A DNA stretch of 57,358 nt from an uncultured Planctomycetia bacterium (GTDB lineage Bacteria > Planctomycetota > GCA-002687715 > CAYQRN01), in contig CAYQRN010000001.1 in assembly GCA_964419995.1 (NCBI GenBank), positions 1 to 57,358 of the forward strand, in the 5' to 3' direction. Under the pieces are notes generated by a model that worked only from the letters and a program-made list of their open reading frames with translations, was not told the DNA's origin and ran no database searches. Made by a program: the position numbers and the translations under genes. This document shows, piece by piece, positions 37,528 to 46,273 of this stretch (position 1 is its first letter; each line of letters opens with the position of its first letter).

Positions 37528-39051
37528 TCAGGCGAGGGGGCCGATCGTCTCCTCGACGGCGGCGGCGAGGCTCCCGTCGTCGATGATGCGGCGGACGGCG
37601 CGGAGGTCCGGGGCGAGCCAGCGGTCGGCCGTGAGCCGCGGCGCGGCCGCCGACACGACCTCGAGGGCGCGCTCGACGGCGGGGCTCGAACGCAGGGGAC
37701 GGTGGAACTGCAGGGCCGTGGAGGCCGCGAAGAGCTCGATGGCGAGGATGGATGCAACGTTGTCGGCGATGGCCGCGAGGTGCCGTGCCGCGATGGGAGC
37801 CATGCTGACGTGGTCCTCGCGGCCGGCACTCGTCGGGATCGAGTCCACCGAGGCGGGATGAGCGAGCGACTTGTTCTCGGACGCGAGGGCCGCCGCCACG
37901 ACCTGGGGGATCATGAAGCCCGAGTTCATGCCGCTGTCCTCCACGAGGAACGGCGGCAGCCCGGAGAGGTCGGGATTGACGAGGGATTCGATGCGGCGTT
38001 CGGCGATCGCGCCGAGCTCCGACACCGCGGCGGCGGCGTAGTCGAGCGGGAGGGCCAGGGGCTCGCCGTGGAAGTTCCCCGCCGAGACGACGTCACCGTC
38101 GTCGGAGAAGACGAGCGGGTTGTCCGTCGCGGAGTTCATCTCCCGCTCGAGCACGGCGCGGAGATGCGCGAGTGCGTCGCGCACGGCGCCGTGGACCTGG
38201 GGGACGCAGCGGAGGGAGTAGGCGTCCTGCACCCTTCCGCACCCGGCGTGGGACGCGAGGATGGCGCTCCCGGCGATGAGAGCGCGCAGGTTCGCCGCGA
38301 CGACGGCGTGGCCGGGGTGGGGGCGCACGAGGGCGACGCGGGGGTCGAAGGGCGTCGCGGAGCCCCGGAGCGCATCGAGGGTCATGGCCGCGGCGATGTC
38401 GGCGACGCGTGCGAGGTCGAGGGCGCGGAGCAGCGCGTCGATCCCGATGGCCTGGGACACCTGCGTACCGTTGATGAGGGAGAGCCCTTCCTTCGCGGCC
38501 AGGACGAAGGGCGGGAGGTCCTTCTGTCTCAGTGCCGTGGCCGCCGGGATGGTGACGCCCTGGAGCCGCGCCTCGCCCTCGCCGATGAGGACGAGGGCCA
38601 TGTGGGCGAGGGGCGCGAGATCGCCGCTGGCGCCGACGGAGCCCTTCTCCGGCACGACGGGCAGGATTCCCGCATTGAGGAGCCCGAGGAGGCGCTCGAT
38701 GAGCTCGAGGCGGACGCCGGAGTTGCCGCGGGCGAGGGCGTTGACCCGGAGGATCTGGGCCAGTCGCACGACGCCGTCCGGAAGCGGCGGGCCGACGCCG
38801 CAGGCGTGGGAGAGGAGGAGGTTGCGCTGGAGGGTCCGCAGTCCGTCCTCGGGAATCCGGGTCCCGGCGAGGCGGCCGAACCCGGTGTTGATGCCGTAGA
38901 TCGGCCGGTCGTGGGGGATGGCGTCGAGAACCTCCCGTGCGCGCCGCACGGCGGCGACGGCCGAGGGTGCGAGCGCGAAGACCATGGGGTCGCCCCGGAC
39001 CACGGGCCGCACGGTTTCGACGTCGAGCGATTCCCCGTCGAGCACGAGCAT
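37528..39051 (-). CDS. hutH: Histidine ammonia-lyase
   Basis: I trimmed listed ORF 37528..39957 to the ATG at 39051 (MLVLDGESL). Motifs are YGINTGFG, the MIO-forming GSVGASGDLAPLAH, and NFHGEP. Confidence 0.95.
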   Translation of the reverse strand: MLVLDGESLDVETVRPVVRGDPMVFALAPSAVAAVRRAREVLDAIPHDRPIYGINTGFGRLAGTRIPEDGLRTLQRNLLLSHACGVGPPLPDGVVRLAQILRVNALARGNSGVRLELIERLLGLLNAGILPVVPEKGSVGASGDLAPLAHMALVLIGEGEARLQGVTIPAATALRQKDLPPFVLAAKEGLSLINGTQVSQAIGIDALLRALDLARVADIAAAMTLDALRGSATPFDPRVALVRPHPGHAVVAANLRALIAGSAILASHAGCGRVQDAYSLRCVPQVHGAVRDALAHLRAVLEREMNSATDNPLVFSDDGDVVSAGNFHGEPLALPLDYAAAAVSELGAIAERRIESLVNPDLSGLPPFLVEDSGMNSGFMIPQVVAAALASENKSLAHPASVDSIPTSAGREDHVSMAPIAARHLAAIADNVASILAIELFAASTALQFHRPLRSSPAVERALEVVSAAAPRLTADRWLAPDLRAVRRIIDDGSLAAAVEETIGPLA

Positions 39052-39105
39052 GGCGCGAACTCTACCGCGCCCCCGGAGGGGAGCCCAGAACGTGCGACCG
39101 CCTTG

Positions 39106-40569
39106 ATGGAGGCTGCGTCCCGGTCCACGATGCGTCCGGCAAAGGAGACTCCCACGGCCCGGTCGAGCCTCTCGGATCCGCTGGCGCTGGGCGCGGCCCA
39201 CGCCTTCCGCCTCGCGACCGCCGTCGCGGCCGGCGGGATCATCGCCCGCCACCTCGGCGCGGCGGAGTTCGGCGTTTTCGCCTGGCACGCCACGGCCCTG
39301 TCGCTCGGGGCCTTCGTGCTCGATCCCGGCGGCGGCGTGGTCCTCACGCGCCGCCTCGCCGCGGCGGAGGGATCGTCCGGACCCCTTCTCGCGGCCCTGT
39401 TCCGCCTCCGCTTCGCCGCCGGCGTCGTGCTCCTCATCGTGCTCGTCCTCGTCACGGCTCTTCCCGGTTCCGGCACGGGCCGCCTCGACGCGGCGATTCT
39501 CACCGGTCTCGCCTTCCCATGCCTGTTCGGCGCCACGGCAGCTCCGGTGCTCCTCGCCGGCGGCCGAGCCCGCGTCCTCGCGACCTCGGGTGCCGTCATC
39601 CACGCGGCCTTCCTGGCCGCGGTCGGACTCGTTGCGATCCTCGGCCTGCCCGGCGGCGCCTGCTTCCTCGCCCTCGGACTCCGGGAGTCGTCGCGCGGGA
39701 TCTGGCTTCTCGCCGCCGCCCGCCGGGACCTCCCGCGGGGCGTCCGCCCTGCCTTCGCCGAGGCCATCGCCTTCCTCCGCTCGGGGCGAAGCGCGGCCCT
39801 CGCCGCCGTGGTTTCGGCCCTCGCCCTGCACCTCGACGTGTTCACGGCCGGCGCCCTGCTGCCGGCGCCGGACTTCGGCGCCTACGCGCTGCCGGTGCGG
39901 CTCGCCGTTCCGCTCATGCTCGCCTCCGGCGTTCTCCTCGCTCCCTTCCTGCCGCACTGGTCGCGATCGTTCCCGGCGGCGCGCGGGCGGAGCGCGGCGG
40001 CGGTCTCCTTTGCCCTCGGGATGGCGGGGCTCGCCGTGGCGGGGCCCCTCATCATCCTGTCCGCGGACGTCCTCGAGTCCGTCTACGGCGCCCGCGTCCT
40101 CTCGGAGGCCGAGGGCGCGGTTCCGGCGCTCGGCCTCCTTTCGGCCGCCACGGCGGCCGTCTGGTACGGGAGCGTGTGGACGACGGCGCTGGCGGCGGCG
40201 GGCCGCTTCGCGCGGCTCCTGACCATCTCGCTCGCCGGCCTCGCCGCGACCGCTGGACTCTGCCTTCTGCTCATCCCGCGGTGGGGTCCTGCCGGCGCGG
40301 CGGCTGCGGTGCTCGGCCGCGAGATCCTCGTCGCGGCCCTCGCTCGGGGCGCGTTCCGGGGAGTCGGCGCCGGCGTGGCGCGGCGGGAGGCTTTCCGCGC
40401 TGCCCTGACGGTGCTGCCCGCGGTCCTCGTCGCAGCGGTCCTGCGGGGGCGAGGCGCCGTGGCCGTCATCGCCGCCGTCGCCGCGGGAGTCGGGGCCCTC
40501 CTCCTGCTCCTTCGGTCGGCCGCCGCCGGATCGGCGCTGGCCTCGCTCGAGGAGGGGCGCGAGCCATGA
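39106..40569 (+). CDS. Polysaccharide/oligosaccharide flippase (MOP/Wzx-like polytopic membrane protein)
   Basis: This is the C-terminal part of listed ORF 37702..40569, starting at the ATG at 39106. It has about 12-14 hydrophobic segments. The N-terminus is of the kind ...FRLATAVAAGGIIARHLGAAEFGVFA seen in Wzx/MurJ-type exporters. It is followed by a GT4 gene with an ATGA overlap. Confidence 0.6.
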   Translation: MEAASRSTMRPAKETPTARSSLSDPLALGAAHAFRLATAVAAGGIIARHLGAAEFGVFAWHATALSLGAFVLDPGGGVVLTRRLAAAEGSSGPLLAALFRLRFAAGVVLLIVLVLVTALPGSGTGRLDAAILTGLAFPCLFGATAAPVLLAGGRARVLATSGAVIHAAFLAAVGLVAILGLPGGACFLALGLRESSRGIWLLAAARRDLPRGVRPAFAEAIAFLRSGRSAALAAVVSALALHLDVFTAGALLPAPDFGAYALPVRLAVPLMLASGVLLAPFLPHWSRSFPAARGRSAAAVSFALGMAGLAVAGPLIILSADVLESVYGARVLSEAEGAVPALGLLSAATAAVWYGSVWTTALAAAGRFARLLTISLAGLAATAGLCLLLIPRWGPAGAAAAVLGREILVAALARGAFRGVGAGVARREAFRAALTVLPAVLVAAVLRGRGAVAVIAAVAAGVGALLLLLRSAAAGSALASLEEGREP

Positions 40570-41708
40570 GGATCGGCCTCGACTACCGCGCAGCCCTGAT
40601 CGGGGGCGCGGGCATCGCCCGCTACGTCCGGAATCTCGCCGGCGCGCTCCGCCGCGCGGCTCCCCATCACGACCTCGTGCTCGTGGCGCCGTTCTTCGGC
40701 CGGTTCCGGCGCCGCATCGCCCTGGCCGAGTCCTCTCTGCCTCCCGGTGCCATCCGGGCGTTCCGGCGGATCCCGGGGCGTCTCGTGCGTCTGCTCGACG
40801 CCGGGGGTCTCCTCCGCGCGGAGACCGTGGCCGGCCCCCTCGACGTCTGGCACCACACCGACTACATCCGGCATCCCCGCTCGCGGGGCCCTGCCGTGGC
40901 GACGCTCTTCGACGTGAGTTACCTCGTCGATCCTGCGTTCCACGGCCGCAGGAATGCCCTCCGACTCGCCGCCACGAGCCGCTGGCTCATCGAGCGGGCC
41001 CGGCGCATCATTGCCATCTCCGCGTTCGCACGGGAGGGGATCGCGCGTCACCACGGGGTCCCGGAGGAGCGCATCGACGTGACGCCGCTCGGTGTGGACC
41101 CCGTTTTCCTGGCTTCGCGGAGCGACGAGGATCGCGATGCTCTCCGGCGCCGCCTCGGCCTCAGGGGCGACTACGTGCTCCACGTGGGGACGCTCGAACC
41201 CCGGAAGAACATCCCCCGCCTGCTCCGGGCCTTCCGCGCCGCCGACCGCGGGGCGCCGGGTCACGTCCTCGTCCTTGCGGGAGCCGCGGGGTGGCTCATG
41301 GAGGATCTGCCCTCCCTCATCCGCGACCTGGATCTCCGGGGCCGCGTCCTCGAGACCGGCCGCCTCTCCGACCCGGACCTCGTCACGCTCATGAGCGGGG
41401 CGCGTTGTCTTGCGTACCCCTCGCTCCATGAGGGCTTCGGGCTTCCGCCGCTCGAGGGCATGGCGCAGGGCGTCCCGGTCCTCACGTCGCGGGGATCGGC
41501 CATGGAGGAGACCGCGGGAGATGCCGCCCTCCTCGTGGACGCGACCTGCGAGGAGGACATCGCCCGGGGGCTCCTCGCGCTCCTCAGGGACGATACGCTG
41601 CGCGCAGAGCTCGTCGCGAGGGGCCGCGGCAGGGCGGCGACGTTCACCTGGGACCGCACGGCGGAACTGACGCTCCGGAGCTACACCCGCGCGCTGGCGG
41701 GAACGTGA
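40566..41708 (+). CDS. Glycosyltransferase family 4 (GT-B, retaining)
   Basis: Motifs are GGAGIARYVRNL, YVLHVGTLEPRKN, PSLHEGFGLPPLEGMAQGVPVL and EETAGDAALLVD (the EX7E region). Confidence 0.85.
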   Translation: MRIGLDYRAALIGGAGIARYVRNLAGALRRAAPHHDLVLVAPFFGRFRRRIALAESSLPPGAIRAFRRIPGRLVRLLDAGGLLRAETVAGPLDVWHHTDYIRHPRSRGPAVATLFDVSYLVDPAFHGRRNALRLAATSRWLIERARRIIAISAFAREGIARHHGVPEERIDVTPLGVDPVFLASRSDEDRDALRRRLGLRGDYVLHVGTLEPRKNIPRLLRAFRAADRGAPGHVLVLAGAAGWLMEDLPSLIRDLDLRGRVLETGRLSDPDLVTLMSGARCLAYPSLHEGFGLPPLEGMAQGVPVLTSRGSAMEETAGDAALLVDATCEEDIARGLLALLRDDTLRAELVARGRGRAATFTWDRTAELTLRSYTRALAGT

Positions 41709-41759
41709 CGCAGCCGCCGGGCGGCCGTCGCGGCGCAGGAGGACAGGACCCCGTGAGGC

Positions 41760-42389
41760 TCAGGTGGACCGGACGAGGGTCCACACGAGGGCGAAGAGGC
41801 CGGCGGCCGCCCCCAGGAGGACGAGGACAGCGACGATCCGGAATCCGAGGGAGCGCTGCGAGAGATCCTGTCCGAGGAGGGACGATCGTTTCGCGGCCCT
41901 GGCGTGAGGACTCCTCTGGATCAGCCGGTCGCCGGCGACGCGAATCCCGCCCGCGCCCTCTGCGGCCGGTCGTCCGCCGCGATTCGCCTGTCGCGGCGGA
42001 GCCGGCGGCAGCTGAGACGGCGCCGGCGCGGGGATGTCGTCGTCCGGGCCGTCGAGCGTGATCTCCTCGAGGTCGGGCGGCGGCGTGTCAGGCGGCGCCG
42101 AGGACAGCGTGGCCTCGAAGCGAAGCCGGGCCTCCCCGATCCGGAGTTCGTCGCCGCTGCGGAGCGTGGCCCGCGTCACCCGTTCGCCGTTCACGAAGGT
42201 CCCCGTGGCGCTGTTCATGTCGGCCACGTGGACGCTGTCTCCGGCCTGCCAGACGCGTGCGTGCTCCGGGGAGACGCCACCCGCCGCGATGGGCACGGGC
42301 GATCGCGGTCCGGAACCGAGGATGACCGGCCTTGCCACGGGAATCCCGCGTCCGGCGTTCGTACCCGTGAGGAGAACGAGCCTCGCCAT
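41760..42389 (-). CDS. FHA-like domain protein with a C-terminal TM anchor
   Basis: I trimmed listed ORF 41760..42614 to the ATG at 42389 (MARLVLLTG). The FHA-like region has ILGSGP, SPEHARV and SATGTFVNGERV. A Pro-rich linker follows. The C-terminal TM segment is IVAVLVLLGAAAGLFALVW. Confidence 0.7.
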   Translation of the reverse strand: MARLVLLTGTNAGRGIPVARPVILGSGPRSPVPIAAGGVSPEHARVWQAGDSVHVADMNSATGTFVNGERVTRATLRSGDELRIGEARLRFEATLSSAPPDTPPPDLEEITLDGPDDDIPAPAPSQLPPAPPRQANRGGRPAAEGAGGIRVAGDRLIQRSPHARAAKRSSLLGQDLSQRSLGFRIVAVLVLLGAAAGLFALVWTLVRST

Positions 42390-42494
42390 GCGCGGCAAGT
42401 ATGGCCTCGCACGGCTCTCGCGCAAGAGCCGCCGGCCCTTGCGCCAGGGCGGCGTCCCGCGCACGATCGGTCGGCCCCACTCCGGTGGACGGGC

Positions 42495-42935
42495 ATGCAC
42501 TGGAACCAGAGTACAAGGATCGCTCTCCTCGCCGCGCTGGACATGGCGCGGCGGGAGGACGGCTTCGTCACGGTCGCCGACATCGCGCGGCGCCATGGCG
42601 TTTCCGCGAGCCACCTCGCCAAGGTCCTTCGCGCCCTTGCGCGGGCGGGCCTCGCTGCGGCGTCGCGGGGCGCCGCGGGGGGCTACCGCCTCGCACGGCC
42701 CGCCGGTCAGATCACGCTCTTCGACATCGTGACTCTCTTCGAGGATCGCGACCGCGGGGGCTTCCGGTCCCGGAGCGACGCCTCCTTGACGGATCCGGCG
42801 ACCCTCGCCCTCGCGGGCGTCTTCGCCGAGATCGAGGACACGGCCTTCACGACCCTCCGGACGGTGCAGCTTTCGACGCTCATCCGTCCCGCAGCGGCCG
42901 GCCGCCGGCTTCGGGCGTCCGGAGGCCGGCGCTGA
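42495..42935 (+). CDS. Rrf2-family transcriptional regulator
   Basis: Motifs are STRIALLAALDMARR, the HTH VTVADIARRHGVSASHLAKVLRALARAGL, and SRGAAGGYRLARP. I see no C-terminal Cys cluster, so it is probably not an Fe-S-sensing type. Confidence 0.8.
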   Translation: MHWNQSTRIALLAALDMARREDGFVTVADIARRHGVSASHLAKVLRALARAGLAAASRGAAGGYRLARPAGQITLFDIVTLFEDRDRGGFRSRSDASLTDPATLALAGVFAEIEDTAFTTLRTVQLSTLIRPAAAGRRLRASGGRR

Positions 42936-43828
42936 TGGGGCCGCCGGAGTCCGGCGAACCCGCCATCGAGGTGTCGGACCTCTGCCGGACGCTGGGTGGC
43001 CGGGGCAGGGGAGGGCGGGTCGCGGCCGTGGACGGCGTCTCCTTCCGCGTGGAGCGCGGCAGGGTTCTCGGCCTCTTCGGCCGGAACGGCTCGGGCAAGA
43101 CGACGATCCTGCGCCTCCTCTCCGGACTCCTGCTCCCGACCCGGGGCCGCGTCCTCCTCCTCGGTCGTCCTCCGCGTCATCCCGATGTTCGCGGCCGCAT
43201 CGCGTGGGTTCCGGAGGAGGGGGAGCTCCCCTCCTTCCTCACGGCGGAGGAGACGCTCCGTTTCCACGTCGGCCTCATGGGGGAGAGGCCCGCGCGGGAG
43301 AGGAGCCGCGTGCAGGCGGCGCTCCGCCGCTTCGGTCTCGCGGAGACGGGCCGGAAGAGGGTGGCCTCGTTCAGCCGGGGCATGCGCCGCCGGCTCGCCC
43401 TCGCGGTCGTCCTGATCCGCCGCCCCGCCGTCGTTCTCCTTGACGAACCTACGTCGGGGCTCGATCCGGAGGGACGGGCGGCCTTCCGCGATGCCGCGGC
43501 CGACCTCACGCGGGAGGGCGCCACGGTCGTGCTGAGCTCCCACGACCCCGAGGACCGGGCAGGGCTTGCCGATGCCCTCATCATCCTCGACGCGGGCCGC
43601 GTGGCCTTCCAGGGGACGCCCGAGGACCTCGCGATGTCGCTCCGAGCGGTGGATCTCACGATCACCGGCGTGGGGCCCGGGGACTGGGACGCCATCGAGG
43701 CGGCCGTCCGGGCGCGGGGCGGGGCCGTGACGGATCGCCGGGCTGCGGAGTCCGCCGTGTCGGCCCGCTGGTTCGCCCGGCCCTCCGGCGGAGATGCCGC
43801 CGGCGGCCCCGGAGGCGGCGCGCCGTGA
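42935..43828 (+). CDS. ABC transporter ATP-binding protein (ABC-2/DrrA-like) with a roughly 70-aa C-terminal extension
   Basis: Its ATG shares one base with the Rrf2 stop (TGATG). Motifs are Walker A GRNGSGKTT, signature FSRGMRRRL, Walker B VVLLDEPTSGLD and H-loop LSSHD. Confidence 0.9.
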   Translation: MGPPESGEPAIEVSDLCRTLGGRGRGGRVAAVDGVSFRVERGRVLGLFGRNGSGKTTILRLLSGLLLPTRGRVLLLGRPPRHPDVRGRIAWVPEEGELPSFLTAEETLRFHVGLMGERPARERSRVQAALRRFGLAETGRKRVASFSRGMRRRLALAVVLIRRPAVVLLDEPTSGLDPEGRAAFRDAAADLTREGATVVLSSHDPEDRAGLADALIILDAGRVAFQGTPEDLAMSLRAVDLTITGVGPGDWDAIEAAVRARGGAVTDRRAAESAVSARWFARPSGGDAAGGPGGGAP

Positions 43829-45021
43829 GGAGGCGGGTCGCGTCCGCCGCGTGCCTCCTCGCGGACCACGTCGCGCGGCGCCTCACCCGGGCCGGCGTCC
43901 CGCTCGCACTCGTCGGAGGGACGGGGGCCGTTCTCGCCCTCCATCCGTTCTTCCGAAGCAGCGGGCCCGAGGCGGATCGCACGCTGTTCCTCGACCTCGC
44001 CGGCGGCGCCGCCGTCGTCCTCACGCTCGGCGCGGCGCTGCTCCTTTCCGCGCGGCTCACGGCGCCGCGGGACGGCCTCATCGCCGCCTCCCATCTCGCG
44101 CTCTGGCCCGGACCCGCCGCGACCTGGCTCGGCGGCGGGATCGCGCTCTCGCTCGTCCTCGTGGCTTCGGCAGCCGCGGTCGGGCTCCTGGCCCTCGGCC
44201 AGTATGCCGTGCGGTTCGGCGCGGCGGATGCGGGGGACGCCGCCCGGGCGGTCCGAGTCGAGGTGCCGTTGCTTCGCCCGTCCCCGGGTCGCGTCCTCCT
44301 CACCGGCGATGCCCCCTCCGCGACCTTCCGTTTCGCCACGACGCCGGAGGATCTCGCCGACGGCGTGCTGCGCCTCGATCTCCGGGCGGGACTCCTCTGG
44401 ACGCCGGGCACGACGCTCCCGCGGCGCGTGCCGGTGGAGGTCGTGCTACTCGATGGTGCCGGGCGGGAGGCCGCGCGCGCCCGCCCGTCTCTCTCCGGAG
44501 AGCGGATCCGGTCCGTGCTCCTCGTGCCTTCCGGCACGATGGGGCCGCCGCCCCATGCCGTCCGGGTGACCCGCGTCCATCCGGGGTTCGATCTTCGCCT
44601 CGGGCCGGGGGACGTGCGGCTCCACGGGAAACGCGGAGCCTTCATCGGCGGCGCCCTCCGGGGACACCTCGCTCTCGGGCTCCGGGCGGCCACCGTGGCT
44701 GCCTTGGGCCTCCTGGCGTCGGCGTTCCTGTCCGAGTCTCTGGCCTTCCTCCTCGCCCTTCTCTGCGTCATCCTCGCCGACAGCCGCGAACTGCTCCTCG
44801 AATCCGGCTGGTTCGGAGGCAGCACGGCTCCGGGAGTGGCGCTGAGAGCGATCCTGGCGCTGCTGCCGCCCTCTCCGGGGCGCTCTCCGTTCGCCGATGT
44901 CGGCAGCGGCAGGACCCCTCCGAACACCGAGCTTTGGGCCGAGGCCCTCCGCTGGCTGGCAACGCTGTGCGCGGGAGGACTGGTCGTCTACCTGGGCCGG
45001 CGGCGGAGCGACGTCCCGTGA
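43825..45021 (+). CDS. Polytopic membrane protein with a large beta-rich extracytoplasmic insert (candidate permease partner)
   Basis: The start forms a GTGA overlap with the ATPase stop. It has about 4 N-terminal and about 4 C-terminal hydrophobic segments flanking a roughly 150-aa soluble region (VRVEVPLLRPSPGRVLLTG...VRVTRVHPGFDLRLGPGDVRL). I recognise no family motif. Confidence 0.55.
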   Translation: MRRRVASAACLLADHVARRLTRAGVPLALVGGTGAVLALHPFFRSSGPEADRTLFLDLAGGAAVVLTLGAALLLSARLTAPRDGLIAASHLALWPGPAATWLGGGIALSLVLVASAAAVGLLALGQYAVRFGAADAGDAARAVRVEVPLLRPSPGRVLLTGDAPSATFRFATTPEDLADGVLRLDLRAGLLWTPGTTLPRRVPVEVVLLDGAGREAARARPSLSGERIRSVLLVPSGTMGPPPHAVRVTRVHPGFDLRLGPGDVRLHGKRGAFIGGALRGHLALGLRAATVAALGLLASAFLSESLAFLLALLCVILADSRELLLESGWFGGSTAPGVALRAILALLPPSPGRSPFADVGSGRTPPNTELWAEALRWLATLCAGGLVVYLGRRRSDVP

Positions 45022-46235
45022 CATCCGTGCCGGTCCGCCTCGCCGTCATGATCGCGGCCTTCGCCCTCGCCGTGGTCCTCCGCCTCCCGTCCACGCGGAC
45101 GGGAGCGCCAGGCATCGTGACCCCCGCCGGGGCGGACCTTCCCGTCTTCGCCGGGACGGTCCTCGCCGGAGCCCTCCGTCCCCTGGCCCTCGACACGCTC
45201 TGGCTCCGTGCCGACCGGGCCTATCGCGAGGGCCGGCCCTTCGCGCTCCTCGCGGATCTCGCGCTCCTCGCGGCCCTCGATCCGGGGAACGATCGGGCGT
45301 GGAGCTATCAGGCGGCTTTCCTGCTCCACGACGTCGCGGGACTCGAAGACAACCCCGATGAACGCTTCCGGTGGGTCCGGGAGGGCATCCGTTTCCTCGA
45401 GGCCGGCATCGCGCGGAATCCGCGCAGCGTCGATCTGCGCCTCGGCGCGGCCCGCGCTCTCATCCACGTCGCCGGCGAAGATCCGCGGTGCTATCCCCAC
45501 GCGATCCGGGCCTGGCCGGAAGGACCTTTCGCAAGGGCCTTCGCCCATGCCGCCGGCGCCGAGCGGCTGGCTCCCGGAGATCCGCGGCCGCTTCGCGCCG
45601 CGGCCCTGGCTGCCTTCTTCCGGATGCTCGAGGCCGCGGCGGCGGGAGATCGGGCGGAGGCCGCCCGGGCCGCCTCCGCTCGTCTCCGCCGCCTCGAGGC
45701 CCTCGGAGCCGGAGAACTCGACCCTCCGGCGCCGCGACTCTTCGAGGCGGCCACGCGATGGGACGGCGTCTTCCGCGCGCTCGCCGAGCCGGCTGCGGAA
45801 CCCGCCGAGGCTCTCCGCGGGGCGATGCGCGGTATCGAGGCGGAGATCCGCGCGACCCCGCCCGAGGGAGGCGTGGAAATCTCCGATGGGAATGCGGGGC
45901 TCGTCGCGGCCTGTCTCAGACTGGTCCTCGTCGAGATCGTCCAGGGGATGACGGCCGGCCGTTCCGAGGGTGCCGCGGCGCTCCTCGCCGAGGTCCGGCG
46001 CCTGACCGGCCTCTTTGCAGCGTCCCGTCCCCGACATGCCCTCGCTCACGACCCGGCCCTCGTTGCGGACCTCGAAGCTCTGGCGGCCTGCGAGGAGCGG
46101 TACGGTCCCGCCGGGGCCCGCGGCGGGACGGAGACGGGCTCCCGCCCCGATGTCGACGGGATCCTCCGGCGCCTCTCCGCCCATGGGAGGAAAGAGCCTG
46201 CCGTGGCCGCGCTGCTTGCGTCGCGGCGCCGGTGA
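45018..46235 (+). CDS. N-terminally anchored all-alpha hypothetical protein
   Basis: The start forms a GTGA overlap with the preceding stop. It has a single N-terminal TM segment (VRLAVMIAAFALAVVLRL). The rest is Ala/Leu/Arg-rich and helical, possibly TPR-like. I recognise no family motif. Confidence 0.5.
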   Translation: MTSVPVRLAVMIAAFALAVVLRLPSTRTGAPGIVTPAGADLPVFAGTVLAGALRPLALDTLWLRADRAYREGRPFALLADLALLAALDPGNDRAWSYQAAFLLHDVAGLEDNPDERFRWVREGIRFLEAGIARNPRSVDLRLGAARALIHVAGEDPRCYPHAIRAWPEGPFARAFAHAAGAERLAPGDPRPLRAAALAAFFRMLEAAAAGDRAEAARAASARLRRLEALGAGELDPPAPRLFEAATRWDGVFRALAEPAAEPAEALRGAMRGIEAEIRATPPEGGVEISDGNAGLVAACLRLVLVEIVQGMTAGRSEGAAALLAEVRRLTGLFAASRPRHALAHDPALVADLEALAACEERYGPAGARGGTETGSRPDVDGILRRLSAHGRKEPAVAALLASRRR

Positions 46236-46273
46236 TCGGACCTTGACGGCGACCCGTTCCGGGGAAATCCGCC

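Noticed and set aside
35814-39051. hutH-hutU without hutI or hutG/hutF, as a possible incomplete or novel histidine pathway.
   Set aside because: hut genes are frequently split between loci, and both enzymes look canonical and intact. Nothing in the sequence itself is unusual.
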